This document shows, piece after piece, positions 38,951 through 50,292 of a DNA stretch of 64,000 nt. The translations under genes were made by a program, and so were the position numbers. Below the pieces are notes generated by a model that was not told the DNA's origin, made no database searches, and worked only from the letters and a program-made list of their open reading frames with translations. Where the stretch lies: NCBI GenBank assembly GCA_963826715.1, contig CAWGYA010000008.1:1-64000 (forward strand). Reading direction: 5' to 3'. Source of the stretch: Candidatus Bathyarchaeota archaeon. Lineage in GTDB: Archaea > Thermoproteota > Bathyarchaeia > Bathyarchaeales > Bathycorpusculaceae. How positions within the stretch are numbered: position 1 is the stretch's first letter; each line of letters begins with the position of its first letter.

Positions 38951-39922
38951 TTAGCGGGCAGGGGCAGTCACATTAACCATTAGTTGACCCCATTGTAGAT
39001 ACTGATTTTGATTAATAGTTTGATTAAACGACCAAAGTTCAAAGATTATCCGCTGATTAATTCCCTCTTTACTCAAAGACATCTCCATGGGAAACACCCA
39101 GCTTTGATTATTAGCCACCACCTGTCGATACTGCTGGAAAGGAGAAAGTGCAGAAGCAGGATTTACAACAGTCTCATTGTCACCCAGCTTAACCATAAAA
39201 GTATAGAGCATAGGCTCACCCATATGATTTCCAACATAACCATAAAGATTAATCGTTTCACCCACAACAACCCGCGAAGGATAATCACCCAACATCATGT
39301 TAGGACCTAAAACCCCAAGCTCCGAGAATTGTTCCCCCGAATTCACCGAAAACAAAAATCCTGAAACCGAAACTAACGCCAAAATAACTGTAACCGCCAA
39401 AATAACAGCACATAACTGTTCAGCAGTTACAACCAAAGAATTACCCGCCCCATTGACTTTCTTAAGTCCAACACGATAATTTCGCCGAAGCCTAAACCAC
39501 AAGCCCCAAAAAAGCTTAGGACCCAAAAAGAAAACAACAACACCTACAGCAACAAGAGCAACAGCTAAAGAAACCTCAACAACCGGAAAAGCACCCAAAG
39601 CAGAGTGCTCAACCAAAGTAGCCTGTTGAGTCACATTAAGAGCTACCTGCCGAGCCTCAAGCGCCAACACACCAGCTTGCTCAGGATTAGCAACCTCCAA
39701 TTCTTGAGCCTGAGAGGTCAAATTTAACGCATAATTTAACTGCTCAATTAACCGGCTAGTTTCTCCACCAGCATGAGAAGCATCAAGAATAGCCAAATAA
39801 GCTTGAGAAATTTGAGTATTAGCATCTGTAATTGCCGAGGACTGAGCAAGAACAAAAGAAGCATTCGAAAGAATAACTATGAACACTAAAAGGGTAACCC
39901 AGAATTTACTTGTTCGTTCCAT
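38951..39922 (-). CDS. DUF1616 domain-containing membrane protein
   Basis: Signal peptide, helical domain and 2 TM, then EQFSELGVLGP...DYP...VGNHMG, matching the C-terminal half of DUF1616. Confidence 0.75.
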   Translation of the reverse strand: MERTSKFWVTLLVFIVILSNASFVLAQSSAITDANTQISQAYLAILDASHAGGETSRLIEQLNYALNLTSQAQELEVANPEQAGVLALEARQVALNVTQQATLVEHSALGAFPVVEVSLAVALVAVGVVVFFLGPKLFWGLWFRLRRNYRVGLKKVNGAGNSLVVTAEQLCAVILAVTVILALVSVSGFLFSVNSGEQFSELGVLGPNMMLGDYPSRVVVGETINLYGYVGNHMGEPMLYTFMVKLGDNETVVNPASALSPFQQYRQVVANNQSWVFPMEMSLSKEGINQRIIFELWSFNQTINQNQYLQWGQLMVNVTAPAR

Positions 39923-40023
39923 CCCCCGTCTCTCAATCTCTTAGAATAAGGTTGTTTTAGCACAAGACATATATAAAAATTGTAGAGGATACCTGTATCA
40001 AGACGTAACCAGAGGAACAAAAA

Positions 40024-40644
40024 GTGGGCGACGACATAAACATAATCGTTACAGAAACTGCCAAATCCATGGGGCAGCCCACTATCGCAGAACTCATAGA
40101 CAATATAGTCGAACAAAGAGGCATAAAACCAAAAGACGCCACCAAAGCAGTCTACATAGAATACAAAAAAGGCAACTTAGACCTCACGCAACCCAACCCA
40201 CCATCAAACATAACAAGCTATTTCCTCAACTTAGAGAGCGCCTGGTTTTGGGCAACCACCGCCTTAGTCGCCATAACCTTGATAGTCGTCTTCACAGTTA
40301 ACGCATCACTACTCATCTACGTACGATACGTACTGGGAGGCGTTTTCATACTGTTCCTTCCAGGATTCATGCTAATCTCAGCACTCTACCCAAGAAAAGA
40401 AATGGACGAACTTGAACGAATAGCACTATCAATCGGATTAAGCCTAGCTATTGTTCCGTTGATTGGACTTGCACTAAACTATACCCCATGGGGAATACGT
40501 CTAGAACCAATCATGATTTCGCTATCATTATTCACAGAGATACTCGCCGTTGCCATTGTCATCCAAAGATTTAGGTACTTCCAACTCAACCAAAACACAA
40601 GTACCACACACCCAACAAACTCAGCGACAAAAAATATAAAATAG
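40024..40644 (+). CDS. DUF1616 domain-containing membrane protein
   Basis: RYVLGGVFILFLPGF...ALYP...ERIALSIGLSLAIVPLIGLALNYTPWGI, matching the N-terminal half of DUF1616. Confidence 0.85.
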   Translation: MGDDINIIVTETAKSMGQPTIAELIDNIVEQRGIKPKDATKAVYIEYKKGNLDLTQPNPPSNITSYFLNLESAWFWATTALVAITLIVVFTVNASLLIYVRYVLGGVFILFLPGFMLISALYPRKEMDELERIALSIGLSLAIVPLIGLALNYTPWGIRLEPIMISLSLFTEILAVAIVIQRFRYFQLNQNTSTTHPTNSATKNIK

Positions 40645-40880
40645 ACAAATAACCCAGTCCCCAATATCCAGTTATTCGCTATTTACATAAATTTGCAACT
40701 TTCAACCTATAAAAAACTTATTAAAATAATCAAAGTGAAAACAACTCCCTTTGATCCAAAAAAGAATTTGATTATATCCGCTCTTTATCCTTAAAAGTTA
40801 TATGACCGGCAGGTAACAACTAATCAGTCCAACCAAGAAAGAAGTCAGGGGACACAATAAACATCGGGAGAGCATAAGCA

Positions 40881-41624
40881 ATTCCGTTTAAAATAACATA
40901 CCAAACACTTGCCACAACCCTAACAACAACAGGCGTACTGCTTGCAAGTATAGCATTCCTAATCTTAAACTCAACACCGCTCACTTCACTGGGAATATCA
41001 ACAGTAATTTTAGGCGCAGTCACCTACGCCATTTCCAGAGGACAACAAAAAGTTTCCCCAGAAGCAAGCGCCATCCTACTTCAATCAGGCATAGAAAACA
41101 TCTCAGCCCTAGTTGAAGAACTCGGACTCAAATCAAAAGCAATTTACCTACCAAAATCCATCACCGGCGAAAAACCAAAAGCTCTCATACCACTAGATTC
41201 CAACATAAAATTCAACAATCAGACTCTCCCACAAAGACTCATAGTCAAATATGATGCCAACCCCCAAGCAGAAGGATTGCTAATAACTACACCTGGATCA
41301 GCCATCGGCAATATGGTTGAAACAAAACAAGATGCATCAGCAGGAGATTTAGAATCTTCAATTTCACAGGTGCTTGCAGGCACTGTAGATTTAGCTGATG
41401 GAGCACGAGTCACATTAAACGAGGACAGGGTTGTGGTTGAAATCACTAATCCCCGCCTTGAGAGCAACAAAATGTGGATTTACGAAACTATTGGAACACC
41501 AATCGCATCCATCGTAGCTTCAGTTGTTGCTCAAATTCTAGACAAACCTGTCACAATCAACAGCGAAGAACTCGGAAAGGGAAAATTCATTGTAGAGTTA
41601 AAAGTGCTGGAGAGAAACGTGTGA
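40881..41624 (+). CDS. Membrane protein (2 N-terminal TM plus soluble domain), apparent ATT start
   Basis: The frame of ORF 41277..41624 is open for 132 more codons, back to TAA at 40875-40877: (M)PFKITYQTLATTLTTTGVLLASIAFLIL...KAIYLP. No ATG/GTG/TTG occurs in that stretch. GGGAGAG lies 8 nt before ATT 40881. Confidence 0.7.
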   Translation: MPFKITYQTLATTLTTTGVLLASIAFLILNSTPLTSLGISTVILGAVTYAISRGQQKVSPEASAILLQSGIENISALVEELGLKSKAIYLPKSITGEKPKALIPLDSNIKFNNQTLPQRLIVKYDANPQAEGLLITTPGSAIGNMVETKQDASAGDLESSISQVLAGTVDLADGARVTLNEDRVVVEITNPRLESNKMWIYETIGTPIASIVASVVAQILDKPVTINSEELGKGKFIVELKVLERNV

Positions 41625-41884
41625 GAATCCATGAAAGATACCTCCTCACACTAACACTCACATACGCCCTCACAACATTCGCTTTCGCATTTTTCTCATC
41701 AAGCACAATCGACCTATACATCTCAGTATTCATAGTCGAATACTTCATACTAACACTACTTCATTCCCCACTAAAACCAAAAACACAAAAAACAACAAAC
41801 ATAATCGGCTACGGCCTCTTTGGAGTATTCATCCTAATCGTAGCCCTAAAAGTACTTGAAATATTAGGTGCTAGCTTGTCATGA
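41621..41884 (+). CDS. Small 3-TM membrane protein
   Basis: GTG at 41621 overlaps the upstream TGA (MRIHERYLLTL...). Its stop overlaps ATG 41881. Confidence 0.75.
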   Translation: MRIHERYLLTLTLTYALTTFAFAFFSSSTIDLYISVFIVEYFILTLLHSPLKPKTQKTTNIIGYGLFGVFILIVALKVLEILGASLS

Positions 41885-43839
41885 AAAGCCTATCAGTTAT
41901 TCTAATAGTTCTTCTAATGGCATCATTGATAGCACCCTTAACAGTAAGAGCTCAACCAGCTGCAATCCCACATGAGGATCCCCAAACCGCCCAAAGCACA
42001 ATTAACCCATTCTCATTCCTAAGCCAATATGTAGACATCTTTGAGCTTATGGCAACCGGAAAATACAACAATGCCAGCCAACTAAGCGAAAAATTAAGCC
42101 AAATAGATGTCCCAGACGAATACCGCTACATCATAAATAGATACAACGACTTAACCCAACAACTCATCAACACCCTAAGCAACTTAGACGGCGCACTAAA
42201 CAACGCTTCAACCTTACTAGATCAATATCGAATAGGTGAAGCTCGACAGGCAATAGATAATGCAGGTATATTGGTTGCCAAAGCACAGATTCTACTCAAC
42301 GATCTAAAGGAAGCAACATCAACCCTAAGTCAGCGTTTAGGCATTTTCTCCACCCCACTTGAAGATAAAGCCAGACAAGCCTACACACAATTAGAGAGTA
42401 TGCTAGACCGATTAAATGCACTAATCGAACGCTACTATCAACTGCTACAAGCTGCCAATCAAAGAATTGAAGGCACCCAAAAAATCATTCCCACCATACT
42501 CAGTATAAATTTGGACGCAACAGAACGCTTTGTCGGAAGCACCCTACAAGTGTCAGGAACGCTCAGCACAACAAGCGGTCAACAACTAAGAAATCGGGCA
42601 ATACAAATCCTCATTGACGGCGACGGGGTCACAACCGTCAACACAGCAACAGACGGATCATACCACAAACAAATCCAAGTACCTTACAAGTACGTCGACC
42701 ATATATCAATACAAGCATTGTACACACCTCAAGGCAGCGACAGAGGAATATACCAAGCCGCTTTAAGCCCAATCATCCAACTCAAAATATTATATTACAA
42801 AACCAACCTCAACGTTATTGCTTCAAGTGTAGCTTACCCTGGATTAACTCTTGTAATTCAGGCCAATGTAACCTCACAAGACGCAAACCCACTAAGTGAC
42901 CGCCAAGTAAGAGTACTCTTAGATGGAACGCAAATCGGCCAAAGCCAAACTGACACCCAGGGAGGCTGCATAATTAAATATTCAATCCAAACTCAAGCAA
43001 AATTGGGCAATCACACCTTAACAGTGAAAGTGGACCCCTCAGGAACATACGCCGATACAGCTAAAAGCAAAATACTATCGATCCAAAAGAGGCAAACAAC
43101 AATTGAGCTTAATTCTCCAAGCGTCCTTATGCTACCAGGGCAACTTCAAATAAACGGCTCAGCTCACTCGACAGATGGACCCTTAAAAAACGCAAATATC
43201 AAAGTGGAATTTGCCAACGCACTATCCACCACTAAAACATCAAACGATGGCAACTTCAACATAACAATAGACGCACCAATTAGCATAATTTTTGCAGGGA
43301 ATCAAGAATTAAAGGTAACCGCTCAACCCTCCGAACCATGGCAAGCTACTACTCAGAAAACAACGAATATTTTTGTCCTAAACTACATAAGCATAGCAGT
43401 CGCAGTAGCATCCTCATTAGCAATAATATTTATGGCATACTCAAAATACCTAAAGAATTCAAACAAAAAAAGGGAAACAAAAAAAACTGAAATCCTCTTA
43501 GCCACAACACAAAATAGCGAAGATACGATAGCGGTTGCCGCGTCAATCCCACAAGCCCTATTTGAAGGAACAAAAGGAAGAGTTCTAAAAGCATACCTCA
43601 ACGCTGTAGGGGCAATCCAATCGGTCACAGGCGAGAACTTAACACCTAATATCACCTTACGCGAATATCTAAAGACCACAACTCCAAAGATGGGAAAAAC
43701 TGGTGATTTATTCTCTGAAATAACAGCTCTAACAGAAACAAGCCTCTACTCCACTCACCAAATAAAGCCAGAGGACGCTGAGCATGCAGAGGAGTTAGCA
43801 AACAACATAAGGAGGAGTCTAACCAATGGAAACCCGTAA
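41881..43839 (+). CDS. Large surface protein: helical bundle, Ig-like repeats, TM, DUF4129 domain
   Basis: Signal peptide; beta-sandwich repeats (VSGTL..., TxxDGxY/F); TM helix; C-terminal TLREYL...ETSLYS. Confidence 0.8.
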   Translation: MKSLSVILIVLLMASLIAPLTVRAQPAAIPHEDPQTAQSTINPFSFLSQYVDIFELMATGKYNNASQLSEKLSQIDVPDEYRYIINRYNDLTQQLINTLSNLDGALNNASTLLDQYRIGEARQAIDNAGILVAKAQILLNDLKEATSTLSQRLGIFSTPLEDKARQAYTQLESMLDRLNALIERYYQLLQAANQRIEGTQKIIPTILSINLDATERFVGSTLQVSGTLSTTSGQQLRNRAIQILIDGDGVTTVNTATDGSYHKQIQVPYKYVDHISIQALYTPQGSDRGIYQAALSPIIQLKILYYKTNLNVIASSVAYPGLTLVIQANVTSQDANPLSDRQVRVLLDGTQIGQSQTDTQGGCIIKYSIQTQAKLGNHTLTVKVDPSGTYADTAKSKILSIQKRQTTIELNSPSVLMLPGQLQINGSAHSTDGPLKNANIKVEFANALSTTKTSNDGNFNITIDAPISIIFAGNQELKVTAQPSEPWQATTQKTTNIFVLNYISIAVAVASSLAIIFMAYSKYLKNSNKKRETKKTEILLATTQNSEDTIAVAASIPQALFEGTKGRVLKAYLNAVGAIQSVTGENLTPNITLREYLKTTTPKMGKTGDLFSEITALTETSLYSTHQIKPEDAEHAEELANNIRRSLTNGNP

Positions 43840-44713
43840 GAAACTCCCGCTCCTGATGCTAATCATCATTCTAATCCTCTCTATGATCATATGGTTTTAT
43901 CCTCCAACGGGAGACTTTAGAGTAGAAAACCCATTTTGGAATGGCATCTCAAACCTAAACGAGCAAAAAAACGTCACACCAACAAATTCATTCGATAACT
44001 TACCATCTTCAAGCTCAGGAACAACCTTGCTTATCGTTCCATACGAACAATTCACGAACACTGAGCTCGAGCAACTCAAAAACTACGCCGCTACAGGTGG
44101 AACAATAGTTATTTTAGACGATTATGGCTTCGGAAATCAAGTCCTAAACAGCCTAGGGCTAAAACTAAAATTCACAGGACAAACATTGCTAGATCCCCTC
44201 TTTGAATACAAAAATCAACAGTTGCCAAAAATCACCGATTTCACCAACCTTCCCACAAACGCCAGCATCAGCAGCATCGTCTTAAACCATGCAACCACCC
44301 TACAAGACACCTCAAGCGCAACAATAATTGCCAGTTCATCAACCTTTAGCTATCAAGACTCCAACAACAACCAAGAATTGGATACAAATGAACCAAAAGG
44401 GCCATTACCAGTGGTTGCCTCCGAAAAATTAGGGCAAGGATTTGTGATCGCCGTTGCAGATCCAAGCATTCTAATCAATAACATGATCAGCATAGATGAC
44501 AACGCCAACTTCATAGATGAAATAATAAACCTTCAAGGCCCAGTGAACCAAATTTTCATTGACCAAAATCATCTTCCCAATTCACCCTTAGATACAGCAA
44601 AATCTGATATGGCATTCGTGTATAATTTAGTTGCTTCCCCAATAGGAACACTAACCTTAATAGCCGTCGTATTGGCAATATCATTAAAACCCATCTGGAA
44701 GAAAAGAGCATGA
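43826..44713 (+). CDS. DUF4350 domain-containing protein
   Basis: NPFWNGIS, GGTIVILDD and GQGFVIAVADPSILINNMI, with TM helices at both ends. Confidence 0.85.
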   Translation: METRKKLPLLMLIIILILSMIIWFYPPTGDFRVENPFWNGISNLNEQKNVTPTNSFDNLPSSSSGTTLLIVPYEQFTNTELEQLKNYAATGGTIVILDDYGFGNQVLNSLGLKLKFTGQTLLDPLFEYKNQQLPKITDFTNLPTNASISSIVLNHATTLQDTSSATIIASSSTFSYQDSNNNQELDTNEPKGPLPVVASEKLGQGFVIAVADPSILINNMISIDDNANFIDEIINLQGPVNQIFIDQNHLPNSPLDTAKSDMAFVYNLVASPIGTLTLIAVVLAISLKPIWKKRA

Positions 44714-45651
44714 AAAAAACCGAAAAACCACTTAGCGTTCCAGATAAAATTTTATCAGAAATCTCCAAAGTTGTAGTCGGCAAACAAAACGGAAAAGAAC
44801 TTTTGCTAATAGCCCTGCTAAGCGAAGGACATGTTCTAATTGAAGGACACGCCGGTACAGCCAAAACATTGTTGGCAAAAACCTTCGCCAAAGTTATAGC
44901 AGCAGAATTTAAAAGAATACAATTGACCCCAGACATGCTACCATCAGACATCACCGGTTTTAACGTCTACTCCCCTGATGGCACCGCCAGATTCGTAGCA
45001 GGCCCAATTTTTGGAAACATCATACTGGCAGACGAACTTAACAGAACAACACCCCGTACACAATCAGCCCTCATCGAAGCCATGCAAGAAAAACAAGTAA
45101 CCATCGAAGGCTCAACCCATCCACTATCGGATATCTTCATGGTAATCGGCAGCCAACTCCCATACGGATCCGAAGGCACATACCCACTAACAGAAGTGCA
45201 AGCAGACAGGTTCATGTTTAGAGCATGGAGCGATTATCTACAAAAAGAAGATGAACAAAGAGTAATCACTAACGTCGACTATATCGAAGAACCAAACCTA
45301 AAACCAATAGTAAAAATGGAAGAGATCTACCAACTTCAAGAAGCCATTAAAAAAGTCCACATCTCAGAAGCAATCTCAGCCTACATTGTCGCTATAGTCG
45401 CAAAAACCCGAGATGACCCAGATATCCTCTCGGGTCCTAGCACAAGAGCCAGCGTTTCACTCTACAAAGGCTCAAGGGCACTAGCATATCTACGCGGAAG
45501 AGACTATGTATTACCTGACGACGTAAAAGAACTCACCCCACCAGTTTTAATTCACAGAATCAGAGTTAAACCTGAAGCAGAAATGGAGAACATAACCCCC
45601 CAGACTATTATTGACAGAGTGCTAAACGCAGTTCCAGTTCCAAAAATATAG
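44710..45651 (+). CDS. moxR: MoxR family AAA+ ATPase
   Basis: GHVLIEGHAGTAKT, RIQLTPDMLPSD, LADELNR, QSALIEAMQE, GTYPL and DRF. Confidence 0.95.
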   Translation: MKKTEKPLSVPDKILSEISKVVVGKQNGKELLLIALLSEGHVLIEGHAGTAKTLLAKTFAKVIAAEFKRIQLTPDMLPSDITGFNVYSPDGTARFVAGPIFGNIILADELNRTTPRTQSALIEAMQEKQVTIEGSTHPLSDIFMVIGSQLPYGSEGTYPLTEVQADRFMFRAWSDYLQKEDEQRVITNVDYIEEPNLKPIVKMEEIYQLQEAIKKVHISEAISAYIVAIVAKTRDDPDILSGPSTRASVSLYKGSRALAYLRGRDYVLPDDVKELTPPVLIHRIRVKPEAEMENITPQTIIDRVLNAVPVPKI

Positions 45652-45672
45652 TCGTTATTTGAAGAGTGCCAA

Positions 45673-47214
45673 ATGACCCTGTTAACCGCAGAAAAGCTTG
45701 CAAGAACCTACCTAATTGTAGTGCTCGTACTGTCGGTGATTGTGGCATCCCCCCTGCAACTTGGCATATCAGCAGCACTTTTAGCAATCCAGCTTTACTC
45801 TGCCTACAAACAGCCAAAACCAAACCTACATCTAACCTTAACCTTTGCATCAATAATCCTTGCACCAATAGTCTTTGAAGCAATAGCAGGAGAAATCGCA
45901 GCAGTCACACTTACAATACCTACAATTTTAATGCTAGACCACGCCTTGAAAAAATTTACCCTAACCCAAAGCTACAGCTTTAACCGAATTGGAAGAAATA
46001 TCAGCAACACACTCAAACTACTATCAGTCTCTTTGACCATTATTTTCCTAATCACTTTAGTCACTGCAAATCTAACCCTTTTACTATCAACAACATTATT
46101 GATTGCTTACCTCACCGCGGCAACAATAAATACCCTAACTAAAATCCCAAAAAAACCTCTACAAGAAAGCAACTCATGGACCAGAATAGTCGTCGGAAAC
46201 TCGGAAAACACAGAAGTTCAAATCCAAGCCAAAACAGCTTTGCCTACTTATGTTTCACTAGAACCCGTCGATACATGGGTCAGTTTGGAACCATCCAACT
46301 ATAGAATAAACCCAAAGAGCGAAACAAAATTTAACATCAAATTCACACCCCCCCTAGCAGGACCAACAAAAATCCAGATCAAAGCATCCTTGATCGATCC
46401 CCGCGGACTAATACAAACGGGACAGATTATAGAACCACTAAATCTAAGCATCATCCCCAAAGCAAAATACGCATCATGGTTAGCCAATAAATTCCTAGAA
46501 CAAACCACCCCAGGCGGTGGTATGGCTATTGCTATCCCCCACCCAAGCTCAAAGCCAGCTAGCTCCGGAGTTGAATTCTACAGCATTCGCCCATATCAAC
46601 CCGGGGACACACAAAAAGACATCGACTGGAAACATACCTACATGCTAAGTGAATTGATAGTCAAACAATACACTGGAACGCAAGGACAAGTCGGAATAAT
46701 CGCAGCTAATTTGACAGCAAAAAACCCCCAAGACGCAGATATATTGGCATACAATTTAGTTATGACAGCATTAACACTAGCCACTGAAGGTCTACCTTCA
46801 GCGCTAGCAGTTTACAATGACAAGGAAGTACTAGCAGCAACTCATCTAATGAACCCTCGAGAAATACTAAAACAAGCTCTACAGTTAACTGAAAAAATAG
46901 CAATCATAGAACAAAAACAGAAGGTGCTACAATCAATTGAAACACGTAGACTTAAACGATCGATCGAGCAACTCTCCAAAATTGGAAGCGAATCAGCCGC
47001 AAAACTAGAGAAACTGTTGGAGTTCGAAATAGAGGCAAAAGCTATGGCTACAAAAAATCAACCTGCCACTGAAGCATTAACAAAAGTTACAGACAACCTT
47101 CAAGGCAGAGCCGTGATAACTGTAATATCGGGTATGGATGCCCCCTCTGAAGCTTTGTTGCTGACTTTGGAAAAACTGCAGGAACAAGGACATAGCATAA
47201 TCAAATTAAAGTAA
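45673..47214 (+). CDS. DUF58 domain-containing membrane protein (MoxR partner)
   Basis: N-terminal TM helices, DPRGL, and GVEFYSIRPYQPGD..DIDWK. Confidence 0.88.
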   Translation: MTLLTAEKLARTYLIVVLVLSVIVASPLQLGISAALLAIQLYSAYKQPKPNLHLTLTFASIILAPIVFEAIAGEIAAVTLTIPTILMLDHALKKFTLTQSYSFNRIGRNISNTLKLLSVSLTIIFLITLVTANLTLLLSTTLLIAYLTAATINTLTKIPKKPLQESNSWTRIVVGNSENTEVQIQAKTALPTYVSLEPVDTWVSLEPSNYRINPKSETKFNIKFTPPLAGPTKIQIKASLIDPRGLIQTGQIIEPLNLSIIPKAKYASWLANKFLEQTTPGGGMAIAIPHPSSKPASSGVEFYSIRPYQPGDTQKDIDWKHTYMLSELIVKQYTGTQGQVGIIAANLTAKNPQDADILAYNLVMTALTLATEGLPSALAVYNDKEVLAATHLMNPREILKQALQLTEKIAIIEQKQKVLQSIETRRLKRSIEQLSKIGSESAAKLEKLLEFEIEAKAMATKNQPATEALTKVTDNLQGRAVITVISGMDAPSEALLLTLEKLQEQGHSIIKLK

Positions 47215-47262
47215 AAAATCTTTTAAATAAAAATTTAATTGGTTGCTTTTTCAGCTAAGAGC

Positions 47263-47916
47263 CTATAACTTGCCGGAATTGCGCAAGCGAACAACCAAGA
47301 ACAGTACACCAATTATAACAACTATAGCTATAGCGATTATTAGAATCCACATTGTTGATCCATCAGTACTCTCAACAATTTTTGTACCGCCAATAGCAAA
47401 CAAAGGGTCATCTACACTTGTCAAAGTTATAGTTAGGGTTTTAGCATCCAAGTCGGCAGTTGTGGGCATTTCAACGTAACTGTCGCTTTCAGGTAAGTAT
47501 TTGTAAATTGAATAGGGCGGCTGCAGGTTTTCAACATCGCTATCACTGTAGTTAAATGTCACTGTGGCACTGGTGAATTCGGTTGGATCCATGTCAAAAG
47601 TTATTACTGTGAATTTGCTAAGTCCGATTTCATTGGAGTAACTAGCACTAGTCTGAGGATTACCAGAGTAAACACTAGTAATTATAGATCCAGTTGCACC
47701 TGGAACACCATCAACAACGTAAGTAACGTCGAGTTCTTCTACAGTAACTTGCTCAAAACCATGAGAGTCAAGTTGTATTTGAGTAGTCTTTTCGGTCGAA
47801 TACTGTGAACTCACTAAACCAATAGACAACGATACCAAGAGTAGTGTAACAATTGATATGCAAACCAATTTAGATTTTTGCATTATGGATTTCTCCAAAC
47901 AGAAGGTATTAGTCAC
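47263..47916 (-). CDS. Exported protein with a C-terminal TM anchor (PGF-pre-PGF-like beta domain)
   Basis: Signal peptide (start probably MQKSK), acidic beta domain ATVTFNY...IYKY...YVEMPT, then TM helix and basic tail. Confidence 0.7.
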   Translation of the reverse strand: MTNTFCLEKSIMQKSKLVCISIVTLLLVSLSIGLVSSQYSTEKTTQIQLDSHGFEQVTVEELDVTYVVDGVPGATGSIITSVYSGNPQTSASYSNEIGLSKFTVITFDMDPTEFTSATVTFNYSDSDVENLQPPYSIYKYLPESDSYVEMPTTADLDAKTLTITLTSVDDPLFAIGGTKIVESTDGSTMWILIIAIAIVVIIGVLFLVVRLRNSGKL

Positions 47917-47974
47917 CGTTAACCTTAAAAGGTTTACTAACCGAGAAAACTCTCAAAGGCATCATCATAACAAA

Positions 47975-49980
47975 TTACCAAATATTAATATTAAAAATAT
48001 AACTTAAACTAAAATTCAATAAGCCCAAAAAGAATGCCGTTAAAAAAATCAAAGAAAACCAAAAACGCAAACGTCCAACCCGCCCAGCGAAAACCTGGAC
48101 AATATAAAACAACCCCAAAACACAAAAAATCACCCAAGGCATTAAAAATAAAAACCTATCAAATACAAAACTTTCTGCCGCAAACAAAATCGACATACAA
48201 CCGACAAAAAACCAGGAAATAAGAAACCTTGAAATCTCAGTTTTAAAGCGCAACAAAACAAAAAGACCTACAACTGCCAAGATAAGCAAAATCATTCTAG
48301 CAAAAACTCCGCCCAAAACAAAATCAACCGTGTTGCTCATTTCATTTAACAAAAACCCAAAATTGGGTAAACCCAAACTAGACTGTGCAGTTCCCAATGT
48401 AGAAGCAGAAGATGAAACAGAACTCAACAACCCTCTAGAAAAGTCACACAATAACCCAACCGCTAAGGTTGATGCAACAAAGACACCCATCATTTTGAAT
48501 CTGCCAGACCCACTACCTCGCGTAGACACGCGCCACTCCAAAAACAAAAACAGCAAAAGCGAGAGCATAAAAATAAACCAAGTCCATGAATGACTAAACA
48601 AGACGCCAACCGATATAGCCAGCAAACTAAAAAAGCCTAAAGCAGACCAATGATCAAGTAACCTAAAGAATAGAACAACATAGCCAAAAACCAAAATCAA
48701 AGCCAACATAGTCGCAAAATAACCTGAGTAAATAAGCCCTAGAGCTTGAAAACTAAACGGCACAAACAATACACCTAAAACCCAAATGTCACGAATTCGG
48801 CAAACCAAGCGCAGCACAAAAAAAGAAACAAGCCCAAACATTACAATCAGAAGAGCTGAAACAAACTGTGTAATCATAGCGGGCGAAGCAAAAAAAGACA
48901 AGGCATACGCTAAAACTAAAAACAGTGCACGATCGTTACTAAAAGCAAAGGAAGCGCGTTATCTGCGTTGACATTGTGCATGTAATTGATCCATTGGTAA
49001 GTAGACAGGAGAGTCGACACTCACCAGCATGCCAGTGGGATTAGCCCAAGGTAACAACGTAAAAATCACAAACAAACATGAAACTACAGCTGAAACAACA
49101 ACCGCTAAAGCCACAATAAACCGCTTACGTAGAAAATTAAACCAGAGCCATCGCCTAAAACAAATAAACCATGTAAGCGGTGAACAAAGTTACTAAACCA
49201 TAAAGACTTAATCCGGAAAACTAATTTGTCAAACGAGAAAGCCTCAACTGCAAAGGCAACAATACCTAACAAAACAAAAAGCAGATAAGTATAGGGTAAA
49301 AGAGGATAAGACAGATTAGCTAAGCTTAACTCGACATTATTCCAATGCAACGCCAAACTGGAGAACCGGGGGTCTAAATTAAAAACTAAAGGTGCATTAA
49401 AAAAAATCAAAGCTACAAGTTCTACAAACAAAACAAAAAGAATAACCCCAAAAAACAACCGTGCAAACAAATCAACCTTAGAGAGTCCAAATAGACTCTG
49501 CGAAAGCATCAAACACAAAAAAGAAAGAAAACAACTAACCAAAACCAAAGAAACAAAACTAATTACACCAAAAATAACCAAAAAAACCCAGCCGACAAAA
49601 ACTAAGGATAGTACAAACAAGTTGATGCGAGGAAAAACGCTCATAACGCTAATCTTTAGGTGATATAGAATGGATGCCAAGACCACAAACAAAGCACCTG
49701 CCCATATTACCATGTCCAAAAATTGAGAAAACAGATAATTGGTAATTGAATGTTCGAGCATGCCACGGTTAACAAGAACAAAAAACGTTACATCCAAAAA
49801 ATTAGCCAAATATAGCAACGAAAAGACCAAACACAAACCAAGAGAAACATAAACTAACCACAAAGACCAACAGTGCCATAAACGCAAACTGCTGAAAAAT
49901 AATTCACGCATACACCGAAGCCCCCCGTGCATTAACTTTCTCAGGACGACATGGCGTTTAAACTTATGGACAAAGGGCAC
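47975..49980 (-). pseudogene. Polytopic GT-C-like membrane protein (copy A), three single-base frameshifts
   Basis: ORFs 49105..49980 and 47975..48901 join via shifts near 49140, 49000 and 48952: ...LPWANPTGMLVSVDSPVYYQW...NDRALF...SHSWTW...FDRF. Paralogous to 56167..58078. The frameshifts may be sequencing errors. Confidence 0.75.
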
Positions 49981-50292
49981 TTAAATAAAAGTGTGGGGAA
50001 CAGCACCAAAAAAGACTATGGATTTTAGTTATAATATAACAATCTCTCAAAGTTATCGCTGTCAAGCTGCCTAAAATATGGAAAATAAGTACAAGCTTAG
50101 TCATTCACCAAAAAACCCCAATTATGCACCCAATTGCTTGATTAAGCCACAAATTTAAGGCGGTTTTGTAGCTTCTAAATAACTGATCCAGCTAAAAAGT
50201 CAACCGAGTTAGCTGTTATGCATAGCATAAATTCATAATTAACTAATAATAGGCATATCGTAATATACAATAAAATAAACAGGGAATATAAC

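Noticed and set aside
41474-41620. Upstream extension of ORF 41474..41884
   Set aside because: Overlaps the preceding gene out of frame; GTG 41621 coupled to its stop is the more plausible start.
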